Shown in pieces: positions 50,628 to 60,056 of a stretch of 64,000 nt of DNA. The stretch's first letter is position 1. Every line of letters begins with the position of its first letter. The position numbers and the translations under genes are program-made. Origin of the DNA: an uncultured Clostridia bacterium. GTDB lineage: Bacteria; Bacillota; Clostridia; TANB77; CAG-508. Where the stretch lies: the NCBI GenBank assembly GCA_947626925.1, contig CANQTU010000001.1:2714-66713 (forward strand). Direction: 5' to 3'. The notes under the pieces were generated by a model. That model worked only from the letters and a program-made list of their open reading frames with translations, had not been told where the DNA came from and ran no database searches.

Positions 50628-51701
50628 TTATTCTAATGCTTCCATACCAATTTCAATTGATTTTTCTATTATTTCTTTTTCTTCTTCTGTTTGGTTTGGC
50701 TGATTTATTTTTTCTAACATTTTTTTTGCAAATATTCCTCTTAAAGTATTTTCATTTGCTATTTTTTCTAAATTATATGCTATTTTTGTATGATTTTTAA
50801 TTTTTATAATTCGTTCTTCAGTAATATATTTTAATAAATCGTATGTATTTATTTCAAAATTTCTTTTTCCTATTAAAATTATTTTTGCATATTCATTATT
50901 ATTTATTTCTATTGCATTAATTTTTTCTATTAATTCTTCTTTGGATATAATTTCTGTTACATCTATTTCTATTTCTTTGAATGTTTCTTCGTCTAATGGC
51001 ACAAATTCTGTTTGTACTTTTTCCTTTTCTAAGTTTCCTACTATCATACCGTGCTCTCCTAATTCATCAAATCCTAGTGAAATTGTTGAGCCTGGATAAA
51101 CTAAATTTGTGCTATAATCTGCTTTATGTATGTGTCCTAAAGCTACGTAGTCAAATTTCTTATCTTTCAATATTTTACTACTTATTGAATTATATTGTTT
51201 TTCTTCTATTGAAGCTCCATCTAATGTGCCATGAATAACTAATATATTTATTTTATTTGGTTCTTCTATTTGTAATTGCTCGATTCCACAATTGGTACAA
51301 TAAAAATCATTAAATCCATAGCCATATATACAAATATCTCCGTCTTCTATTTTTTCTATTTCACTATTGAATATTTTTACATTTTGATTCCAATTAAATT
51401 TATTGTAATAAGAATTTTTTATGTATGGGTCATGGTTTCCTGGTGCTATAAATATTTTTGTGTTTGGTATTTCTTTAAATAAGTTATTTATATATTCAAT
51501 TGTTGATAATTTAATGTATTTATGCTCGTATAAGTCCCCTGATATAAATAAATATTCTATTTTATTTTCTTTGATGTAGTCTATTATTTTCTTAAAGACT
51601 TTTCTTTGTTCTAGTCTTCGTAAATCTCCTAAAATATCTTTGTCAGATAGATTTACAAATGGACTGTCAAAGTGCATGTCTGCTATGTGTACAAATTTCA
51701 T
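50628..51701 (-). CDS. SbcD/YhaO-like metallophosphoesterase (DNA repair exonuclease family)
   Basis: MKFVHIADMHFD, GDLYEH, GNHD and GHIH calcineurin-like motifs. Confidence 0.8.
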   Translation of the reverse strand: MKFVHIADMHFDSPFVNLSDKDILGDLRRLEQRKVFKKIIDYIKENKIEYLFISGDLYEHKYIKLSTIEYINNLFKEIPNTKIFIAPGNHDPYIKNSYYNKFNWNQNVKIFNSEIEKIEDGDICIYGYGFNDFYCTNCGIEQLQIEEPNKINILVIHGTLDGASIEEKQYNSISSKILKDKKFDYVALGHIHKADYSTNLVYPGSTISLGFDELGEHGMIVGNLEKEKVQTEFVPLDEETFKEIEIDVTEIISKEELIEKINAIEINNNEYAKIILIGKRNFEINTYDLLKYITEERIIKIKNHTKIAYNLEKIANENTLRGIFAKKMLEKINQPNQTEEEKEIIEKSIEIGMEALE

Positions 51702-51819
51702 AATTTTCTCCTTTTTTATTATTTCAATTTATTTTATAATATTTTTATTATTTTTTCAATATTTATGTTTTTAAATAAAAAAACTTGATGTTTAGATATA
51801 AATACACCAAGCCATTTTT

Positions 51820-52252
51820 TTATTGTTTTTCCCACCCCCATGGGATATAAAAATTATCATGTTCTTTTAATAAATGTTTTTCAAAGTCTATTATATTATC
51901 TGGTAAATTATTTAACGGATACCATCCGAATTTTATCACATTTATGAGGTTCCATAATTTTCTCTTTGCCAAACCATTTATCTGCTGTTAAAACAAAATC
52001 TATGTATTCCTTTTCGCCTACTTTTCTATTCATCACATATTTCACTTGTAAGTCTTTTTCTTGAATATCAATTCCTAATTCTTCTTTTGCTTCTCTTATC
52101 ATTGCTTGTTTAATTTCTTCGCCTTTTTCTACATGACCACCAACAAATCCATATCGACCATCCGCAAATCCTGTATTAGTGCGCCTTAATAAAAGGACTT
52201 TATCCTCTTTTTTTAATATTAGTTGTACAGTAACAAAAAATATTTCTTTCAT
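51820..52252 (-). CDS. NUDIX hydrolase; the native C-terminus needs a +1 shift at CGG 51926-51928
   Basis: Nudix box GGHVEKGEEIKQAMIREAKEELGI. Zero frame after ...CDKI-CGG stops 5 codons later. The +1 frame gives GWYPLNNLPDNIIDFEKHLLKEHDNFYIPWGWEKQ*, the usual W..xxxLP tail. Start taken at MKEIFF behind AGAGGGTGA. Confidence 0.75.
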
Positions 52253-52324
52253 ATTTATCACCCTCTTATATCTAAAAAGAACCATCTTTATAAAATTATA
52301 AAAATAGTTCTTTATTTACGAGTT

Positions 52325-54359
52325 TTAATCATCTATTGGGCCAAACAATTCATCAAATTTAGCTTCTAATTCTTTTTGTAAGTCATAAACATCATCTTCA
52401 TTTTCTTGTGGTAAAACTGGTGCATCAATTGGTGTATTGTCATTAAAAGAATTTAAGTCTAATGCTGGTTCATTATTCTGCATTGTTTGTTTAATTGGTT
52501 CGCTTGGAATTTCTTGTTTTGCTTGTTGTGATTCTGTTATTGCTGGCTCATCATCAAATAAATCATCTAAAGATTCTACCTTTAAATTTTGTACTGATTT
52601 TTCGTCTTTTTCTTCTACATAAGGATTATATGGATTATATTTTCTCCAAACTCCTCTGTCTTTTTCTCCTATGTCGTTATGGCTTATTTCAAATTGCGCC
52701 ATTTTCTTTGCCATTGGGTGTTTAAAGTAATAGAACTTCTTTGCTTTTACTGGTTTAATTCCTTTTTCAAATATGATACAGTCATCATTATCTAATCTAC
52801 GAAGTTCATCTGGTGTCATTAATGCCCTTGCCATAACTTGGTCAGATACAGATTTTCCTGTTCTCCAGTTTTGTCTGTCTCTATTTACAGAAATACTATC
52901 TCTTTCAATTGTTTTTTCTCCTAACGCCTTAGAAAAATATTCAACTGTTTTATATGAGTTGCTTCCTAAAAATACGTGTGTATCACAGTTACCCATTATT
53001 GTTTCATAAGATTTTTCATATACTGCTTCTAATTGGTCTATGTTTTGTAATATAACACTGAATGATATTTTTCTACTTCTTGATGTTGATATTTTTTTAT
53101 CAAAGTCTGGTATTTTTCCTATGTTTACAAACTCGTCTAATATGAAGAAGGTTTGCTCTCTTAATTGTCCTCCATTTTGGTCTGCATAATCATATAATTG
53201 TTGTATCATTTGTGAGAAGAATATAGTTAATAAAAAGTCATACGCTGTGTGTGTATCTGATGATATAACATATAATGCTGTCTTTTTGTTTCCTATTTCT
53301 TCAAAATCTATTGTGTCTGTTGATGTTAATTCTGCTATGTCTTTTGAATCGAATTTTCCTAATTTAGATTGTAATGAACTTAATATTGAACCATAGGTTT
53401 TTTCTGGTGCTATTTCGATTGATTTATAATACATTCTTGCTGGATGGTCATAAGGTAATTGACTCATTAATTCTGTTAATAGGTTACTTCCTCCATTGTT
53501 GTTCGCTGCTCTTACTAATTCTGCACAACTTGCTAAATTTTGCTCTTCTTCTGGTCTAGTAGCTATTAAGTAATAAATTAATGCTTTTAATAACATTTCT
53601 GCCATGTCGTCCCAGTATGGATCTGTTTTTCCACTTTCAGATTGTTGACCTTTTACTATTGTGTTTGCTATTACATCAACATCTAATTCAGATGAAATGT
53701 GCATTAATGGGTTATAACCATCACTATATTGTGGTCTTACTAGGTTTAAGACTTTTATGTCATATCCTTGTTCTTTTAAATATCCTGCTGTTCTATCATA
53801 TAATTCACCTTTTGGATCTGTAAATACATAAGATCCTAAACATTGGTAAGCATTTGGAATAGAATATGATGCTGATTTACCAGATCCTGAACCGTCCTAC
53901 TACTAAGACGTTGACATTTCCTATTTTATCTACTGGTAAGTAATTTCCTTCTGCTAATATAATTCCGTTATTTCTATTTAAAATTTGATATTGCTCTCCT
54001 CTTTGACTCCAGTCGCTTGAGCCATGTTCAATATCTGAAAATTCATTTTTAGGTGCTGTCCTTACAAATCCTATAAAGAAAAATATTGAATAAAATATTG
54101 TTACAACTAATAGTGTTGAAAAATATGTTCCTCCTGCTCCTTGTGCAAATACTTTTCCAAATGTGCTTAAAGGATGTGTAATAGAACTTCCAAATGTTTC
54201 AAAAAATACCATTAAGTCCATTTTTCCGTTTATACCTGCCATATGAGAACTATAAGCAAAAGGCGAAACAAATACTATGGCTATAAATATCCATAGTATT
54301 GCAAATATAATAAAATTTTTTCTATTTCTTCGAATGGCTCCTTCAATTTTGTAATGCAT
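52325..54359 (-). CDS. VirD4/TraG-type type IV secretion coupling protein; intact only with a +1 shift at CGG 53892-53894, inside the Walker A coding region
   Basis: N-part has 2 TM helices plus EHGSSDWS and ends NVNVLVVG-CGG. The +1 frame continues GSGSGKSASYSIPN...YNPLMHISSE..., joining the track ORF 52325-53704 (FILDEFVNIG Walker B, TraG-D_C-like). Confidence 0.8.
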
Positions 54360-54392
54360 ACAATTCACCTACTCTTTGGTATTTATTTATGA

Positions 54393-54686
54393 TTATCGCT
54401 CACCGTTGTCTTTTTGCTTTATGTTTTTTGATGGCTTTCCTCCATCTTTTGCAACAATTTTCATTCCTTCTGTTAGTTCTTGTGAATTTACTACTTCTCT
54501 TGGTTTGTTATAATCTTCTACAACTGTTTTTGTATTGTTTTTATTAGGTTCATCATATCCCATTTTTTGTTCATAAGCTACATTTAATGTAAAATAGCTT
54601 ATTGTTGCATCTACATCATCTTTTCCTGCTGGACCTTCAATTGCCTCTTCAGGTATCTGTATGTTTCTTTTCTTTTCTTCTGCCAT
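54393..54686 (-). CDS. hypothetical protein, 97 aa
   Basis: ORF tightly packed upstream of the coupling-protein gene. No recognisable motif. Confidence 0.5.
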   Translation of the reverse strand: MAEEKKRNIQIPEEAIEGPAGKDDVDATISYFTLNVAYEQKMGYDEPNKNNTKTVVEDYNKPREVVNSQELTEGMKIVAKDGGKPSKNIKQKDNGER

Positions 54687-54697
54687 AACTCTTCCTC

Positions 54698-55219
54698 CTA
54701 CTTTCCTTCTCTTATTTCGAATGCGAAATAAGACTTGTATGGTTTTAATTTACATTTCCCTTTTACTTCATTTGTTTTTTCATCAAAATAAAGTGTTGGT
54801 TTTATTTCTTCTGCGGTTTCAGGGTCTATAATAGATATCGGTCTTTTTAGGTTTGGTGTGTATTGAAAATCTTTATATTCCATTTCTTCTTCTGAATACA
54901 ATGTATTAAATTTAAGTGATGATGGTTTTTTTGTTATTTTTACTTCATCACCTAATAAAAGTCCCGTATTAATAACAACTTTTTCCTCTCCAAATGATAA
55001 AATAACTAATTGATTTCCATTTTTCTGGGGCTCTTCAACGTAAAAAGTTTTCCTATTCAAATTTCCTACTAATTCTTCGGTATGTTCTAATCTTTCTACT
55101 GTGTATTTAGGATATTCGTCTAGGTATTCTTTTTTAGTTTTGTTTACTTGATAAATTACAGTTTTTACTCCTTCTGGGTCTGTTATACTAAAATGTTTAC
55201 CCTCTTGTATGGTTTCCAT
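54698..55219 (-). CDS. hypothetical protein, 173 aa
   Basis: ORF with an RBS (AGAGGAGAGGTG) and 11-nt spacing to the next ORF. No recognisable motif. Confidence 0.55.
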   Translation of the reverse strand: METIQEGKHFSITDPEGVKTVIYQVNKTKKEYLDEYPKYTVERLEHTEELVGNLNRKTFYVEEPQKNGNQLVILSFGEEKVVINTGLLLGDEVKITKKPSSLKFNTLYSEEEMEYKDFQYTPNLKRPISIIDPETAEEIKPTLYFDEKTNEVKGKCKLKPYKSYFAFEIREGK

Positions 55220-55330
55220 TTTTTTACACCTCTCCTCTATGATTTTAATCCATAGCTTTTCTTTTGTTTAACACTATAATTAATTATAGCTAAATTTAAG
55301 CATTTTGTCAACATATAATTTATGTAAATA

Positions 55331-56218
55331 CTATTTTTTTTCGTTTCTTGGATTAAATTTTGATATTTCATTTAATTTTTCAAACATTTCTCGTTCTTGC
55401 TGTGTTAGTTGTTTTGGTACAACTACTTTAATTTCAGCAATTAAATCTCCTCTTTTGCCACTACTATTTCTATATCCTTTTGATGGAATTTTTATTTTTT
55501 CTCCACTTTGAATTCCTTGTGGTATATATATTTTTGTTTCATCATCTATAGAAGATATTTTTGCACGAACCCCTAGTGCTGCTTCCCAAGGCGTTAATAA
55601 TAAATCTGTATATAAATCCAATCCTTTTAATTTAAATGTTTTACTGTCTTCAATATTTATTTTTATTAATAAATCTCCATTTTTTCCACCATTCTCACTT
55701 GGTTTTCCTTGGCCAATTAAACGTATTTTTTCACCTTTTTGGATGCCTTCTGGAATAGTTACTGCTATTTTTTTAATTTTTCCTTCAGCTGTTTTAATTG
55801 ATAACATTTTTTCCATTCCATAAAATGCTTCTTGAATACCAACATTTATTTGTGTTTCTATATTTTCTCCTTTAGTTGCATGTTTTTTATTAATTGTTTG
55901 TGTATTTTTTTCGTCTTTTTCTATATTGCCTAAAAACATATTTAAAATTGTTCCCTTTTCACCTTTTCCTGAAAAAGCTTTTTCTGCTTTTCCAAAACGA
56001 GAATTCCATATTCTATCATATTTTCTTTTTGATGCAGGAACAGATAGTGTTTTATATGCTTCATTTATATCTTTTATTCTTTCTTCTGCTAAGTTATCTC
56101 CTACATTTAAGTCGGGATGATATTTTTTAGCAGCTTGTCTATATGCAAGTTTTATTTCTTCAATTGAAACATGGCTTGTTTCTAAATCTAATATTTTGTA
56201 ATAATTTTTAAATACCAT
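55331..56218 (-). CDS. CbpA-like J-domain protein with DnaJ C-terminal domains (no zinc-finger region)
   Basis: [35 protein letters not shown]-domain. The C-terminal beta-sandwich repeats (GKNGDLLIKINI.., GKRGDLIAEIKVVVP) are typical of DnaJ_C. Confidence 0.8.
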   Translation of the reverse strand: MVFKNYYKILDLETSHVSIEEIKLAYRQAAKKYHPDLNVGDNLAEERIKDINEAYKTLSVPASKRKYDRIWNSRFGKAEKAFSGKGEKGTILNMFLGNIEKDEKNTQTINKKHATKGENIETQINVGIQEAFYGMEKMLSIKTAEGKIKKIAVTIPEGIQKGEKIRLIGQGKPSENGGKNGDLLIKINIEDSKTFKLKGLDLYTDLLLTPWEAALGVRAKISSIDDETKIYIPQGIQSGEKIKIPSKGYRNSSGKRGDLIAEIKVVVPKQLTQQEREMFEKLNEISKFNPRNEKK

Positions 56219-56283
56219 TTTTAACATCCTCCCAAAAATTAGGTATGTTTATTATACCATAAAAGAAAAAAAAATCCATAGTT

Positions 56284-56946
56284 TTATGGATTTTTTTTTC
56301 TTTGTTTGTAGTTAGCAAGTTTGTCAATTATGATTAATATATATCCTAATATTAAAATTCCAACAGCAATGGATATAACCCACATCAATACTGATTTCTT
56401 TCCTATTTTGTTATAATCTAGAAAAAAGTATGCAAAATCTCGTGAGCCTCCAATGTTGTAAAAATGTCCTCCTCCTGCATTGTATATATATACAAAACAC
56501 ACATATTGAAGAGGAAAATACAGCCAAATTAATGGATAAAATAGTTTGAAATTCCCTTTTTTATCAAAAAGGATATAATCTATTATAACCATAATAGGCG
56601 AAATTATATGTACTAATGCATTTCCTATCAATTTTAAAATTTTAGGAGATGTGTACATTACAAAATCATTTGGCAACAATGCTATAAAATAAACAATAGC
56701 TGTTAGCATAATTGCTGTTGTTGCCATTCCTTTTATGATATAATATAGTGTATTTTCATGATAATTGTATTGTGTGCAATCAAATATAAAAATTACTGAA
56801 AATATAATCAAACATAGGACATTGCTTTGTAATGTATAGTAGGATATTAAATATAAAGCTGAATTCGTATTACATAAATTTAATAGGATTCCGCTTAGCA
56901 AACTTACTATGAGAATTAACCGATAAGATACTGTTCTCTTTTTCAT
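56284..56946 (-). CDS. polytopic membrane protein of unknown function; contains the only in-frame CGG (codon 9) not at a frameshift junction
   Basis: 220 aa, about 6 TM helices, good AAGGAG RBS. The N-terminus reads MKKRTVSY-R(CGG)-LILIV. Confidence 0.65.
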   Translation of the reverse strand: MKKRTVSYRLILIVSLLSGILLNLCNTNSALYLISYYTLQSNVLCLIIFSVIFIFDCTQYNYHENTLYYIIKGMATTAIMLTAIVYFIALLPNDFVMYTSPKILKLIGNALVHIISPIMVIIDYILFDKKGNFKLFYPLIWLYFPLQYVCFVYIYNAGGGHFYNIGGSRDFAYFFLDYNKIGKKSVLMWVISIAVGILILGYILIIIDKLANYKQRKKNP

Positions 56947-57052
56947 GATATTCTCCTTTTTGCTACTAAGTTATTTAGTTTCTAGTAGATTATATAACAT
57001 TTTTTCAGTTTTCTCAAGGTTTTTAAGGCAAAATGTGTAATTAGGTTATAAC

Positions 57053-58072
57053 CTAATTACACATTTCTATTAATTTATCTAATAATTCTTGATAACTAAT
57101 GCCCGCTTTTTCGAATAGCTTTGGATACATGCTTATGCTAGTAAAACCAGGCATTGTATTGATTTCGTTTATGTATATTTTTTCTGTTTCTTTTTCTATA
57201 AAGAAATCTACTCGAGCTAAGCCCTTTCCATCTATGGCCTTGAATGCTTTTATTGCTTGTTTTCTTATTTCATCTGATAATTCTTCAGAAATTTTTGCTG
57301 GTATTTCTGTTTTTGAGTTTTCATTGTTATATTTTGCATCATAGCTGTAAAATTCTTCTGCTGATTTAACTTCTCCTACTACTGATGCAATTACTTCTTC
57401 GTTTCCTAAAACGGCACATTCTACTTCTCTTCCAATTATTCCTTGTTCTATTAATATTTTTGTGTCAAATTCTGATGCATATTTTATTGCATTTTTTAGT
57501 TCGTCTTTGTTTTTTGCCTTGTTTATTCCTACACTTGAACCAGAGTTTGAAGGTTTAACAAACATTGGATATTTTATATTTTTTTCTATTTGTTCTGTTA
57601 TTTCTTCTAAACTCATATTTTTTTCATCAAATGTTTTATCAATATAAATATAGTTATCATCATTTTTGTATTTTCTTATGTATTCACATTTTGCTTGTTT
57701 TAACCCTGCTTTTTCAAAAATTATTTTTGTATATGCTTTATCCATACCAATGCTTGATGCTAAAACTCCACAGCCAACATATGGTTTTTTTATTAATTCA
57801 AATAATCCTTGTATTGTTCCATCTTCGCCGTATAAGCCATGTAAAACTGGAAATAAAATGTCTAGCTGTTTCAAATATTTTATTACATTTTCTATTTCAT
57901 TTTGCTTATTTTCTTTTTGTTCATACCACGTTCCATCTTTTCCAATGTAGATTGGGAAAATTTCATATTTGTCTTTATTTAAATTTTCCATAATAGATTT
58001 TGCTGATACCACAGACACCTCATTTTCTGTTGACATTCCACCAAAAATAACCCCTATTCTTGTTTTTTGCAT
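57053..58072 (-). CDS. ddl: D-alanine--D-alanine ligase
   Basis: IGVIFGGMSTENEVSVVSA, FPVLHGLYGEDGTIQGLFE and EINTMPGFTSISMYPKL motifs; 339 aa. Confidence 0.9.
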   Translation of the reverse strand: MQKTRIGVIFGGMSTENEVSVVSAKSIMENLNKDKYEIFPIYIGKDGTWYEQKENKQNEIENVIKYLKQLDILFPVLHGLYGEDGTIQGLFELIKKPYVGCGVLASSIGMDKAYTKIIFEKAGLKQAKCEYIRKYKNDDNYIYIDKTFDEKNMSLEEITEQIEKNIKYPMFVKPSNSGSSVGINKAKNKDELKNAIKYASEFDTKILIEQGIIGREVECAVLGNEEVIASVVGEVKSAEEFYSYDAKYNNENSKTEIPAKISEELSDEIRKQAIKAFKAIDGKGLARVDFFIEKETEKIYINEINTMPGFTSISMYPKLFEKAGISYQELLDKLIEMCN

Positions 58073-59484
58073 TAATTTTCACTCTCCTCTTGTATTTTTT
58101 CAGCTAATTCATAAAATTTCATTCCATGAGAAGCTTTAAATAAAATAATATCTCCCTGTTTCATAATTTTATTTAAGTATTCAATAATTTCTTTAGTATC
58201 TTCAAAATAGTAAACCATATTTTCTGGCATACCATTTTCTTTTGCACTTTGTATTATATATTTTGCATATTCTCCGCTTCCAATAAGTATATCAATTTTG
58301 TTCTTTACAACCTCTTCGCCTACCTGTTCATGCAATTTTTGTGAATAATCTCCTAATTCCAACATATCTCCTAATACTGCAATTTTTCTATTTGCTTTCA
58401 ATTCTCCCAAATATTTTAAACTTGCTTGCATTGCTTCAAAACTCGCGTTATATGCATCATTAATTATTTTAACTCCATTTTTTAAATTAGAAATATCCAT
58501 TCTTTTTTTTGTTAATTCAAAAGTTTCAATTCCTTTTACTATTCTACTTATTTCTATATCTAATACTTTTCCCACTGCTATAGCAGATAAAGCATTATAT
58601 ATAAAATGCTCACCTCCAACTGGCACATTTACAATACCCTCTTCAAGTGTATTTTTGTTAAATATTTCACAATTAAATTTACTACTTTCTTCTTTTAATT
58701 CTATGTTAGTTGCACGTATCTTACTACTTTGTTCTATTCCATAAGTAACAATATTGTATTTATCTTTATATTCATTTTGCCATTCATGTAGCAAATCGTT
58801 ATCATTATTAATAATAATTATAGGATCATCTGCCCCATCTAAAATTTCTAATTTTGCTTTTAAAATATTCTCCCTTGAACCTAAATTTCCAATATGTGAA
58901 GTTCCAATATTAGTAATTACGCATATATTTGGTTTTGCAATATTGCTTAATAAACTAATTTCTCCAAAATGGTTCATCCCCATCTCTAAAACCATGACTT
59001 CTTCATCTTTTAAATTCAATATGGTAAAAGGTAAGCCAATATCATTATTTTGGTTCCCAATAGTTTTCAAAGTTTTATATTTTTGTGAAACAACATTAGC
59101 AATAATATCTTTAGTACTCGTCTTGCCAACACTACCTGTAACAGCAATTACTGGTATATTATAAAAACTTCTTTTTAAACTAGCAATTTTATATAAAGCT
59201 TCTAAAGTATCTTCAACAAGTATAATATTTTTATCTTTAAAAGTATGTAAATCTTGTTCTTTATATTGAATACTAGAAACAATAACACAATCAGCACCTT
59301 TTTCTAAAGCCTGTTTCCAAAAAAGATTTCCATCAAAATTCTGCCCTTTAATAGCTATGTATGTATCACCTTTATTAATATCCCTAGTATCTTTTGAAAA
59401 TTTACAACATTCATAATTTGGATTTCCACAAACTAGCTTTCCATCTGTTATTTCAATAATATCGCTTACTTTTAAATTCCTCAT
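58072..59484 (-). CDS. murF: UDP-N-acetylmuramoyl-tripeptide--D-alanyl-D-alanine ligase
   Basis: VIAVTGSVGKTSTKD P-loop and Mur ligase middle and C-terminal domains. The stop overlaps the ddl start. Confidence 0.88.
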   Translation of the reverse strand: MRNLKVSDIIEITDGKLVCGNPNYECCKFSKDTRDINKGDTYIAIKGQNFDGNLFWKQALEKGADCVIVSSIQYKEQDLHTFKDKNIILVEDTLEALYKIASLKRSFYNIPVIAVTGSVGKTSTKDIIANVVSQKYKTLKTIGNQNNDIGLPFTILNLKDEEVMVLEMGMNHFGEISLLSNIAKPNICVITNIGTSHIGNLGSRENILKAKLEILDGADDPIIIINNDNDLLHEWQNEYKDKYNIVTYGIEQSSKIRATNIELKEESSKFNCEIFNKNTLEEGIVNVPVGGEHFIYNALSAIAVGKVLDIEISRIVKGIETFELTKKRMDISNLKNGVKIINDAYNASFEAMQASLKYLGELKANRKIAVLGDMLELGDYSQKLHEQVGEEVVKNKIDILIGSGEYAKYIIQSAKENGMPENMVYYFEDTKEIIEYLNKIMKQGDIILFKASHGMKFYELAEKIQEESEN

Positions 59485-59513
59485 TGATACACCTCTTGTT
59501 TTCCTTTTGCTAA

Positions 59514-59542
59514 ATTATATGCTTATTTTATTTTTTTTGCAA
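59514..59542 (-). promoter_or_regulatory. candidate sigma-A promoter of murF-ddl (TTGCAA-17 nt-TATAAT), with the -35 box fused to repeat M3
   Basis: Sense strand reads gggacagTTGCAAaaaaaataaaataagcaTATAAT about 30 nt upstream of the murF RBS. Confidence 0.45.
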
Positions 59543-59600
59543 CTGTCCCGTTCTGGGACAGGCACAAGTGTACCCATTTTGTCCCTTTTTGGGACAGGTT
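59541..59600 (+). repeat. GGGACAGG double-hairpin module, copy M3
   Basis: actgtcccgttctgggacagg (hairpin 1) + cacaagtgtacccatttt + gtccctttttgggacagg (hairpin 2). 59554-59599 is identical to the reverse complement of 42929-42974. Confidence 0.9.
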
Positions 59601-59655
59601 AATAAAAATAAATGGATAACTAGAGCTCATCTAATTACCCATTTAGCTGAAATAA

Positions 59656-59835
59656 CTATTTACTTTCTACGCTTCTGTTGGCTATTTCAATTGCCTTTGT
59701 AACAATGTTTCCACATTGTTTTGATGACACATTAGCCCAACTTCCAGCGTCTTGTTTTACTTGGTCATATACACCTAATTCTTTAGCTATTTCTTCTCTT
59801 AAATTTTCAGATATTAGTTTACTATTTCTAGACAT
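59656..59835 (-). CDS. alpha/beta-type small acid-soluble spore protein, 59 aa
   Basis: Reverse-strand ORF MSRNSKLISENLREEIAKELGVYDQVKQDAGSWANVSSKQCGNIVTKAIEIANRSVESK with a GGAGGATG RBS. The EIAxELGV...G(N)IVTKAIEIA pattern is SASP-like. It is below the ORF-track cutoff. Confidence 0.7.
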   Translation of the reverse strand: MSRNSKLISENLREEIAKELGVYDQVKQDAGSWANVSSKQCGNIVTKAIEIANRSVESK

Positions 59836-60056
59836 AACATCCTCCTTAAGATAAATCCATAAGAGATTTTATATAGAATTTAAAAAATTAAATTCTATAA
59901 TATTATTATAAACAATTTTTCAAATTTTATTTTGACATTTTTTGCGTTTTTTTCACTTTTTTTCTTAAAATATGATATAATTAAATTGGTTCATTTTAAT
60001 AACATTTTTTTAATGGATTAGAATATACTTAATTAATGTTTTAGAAAGGATTCAAA

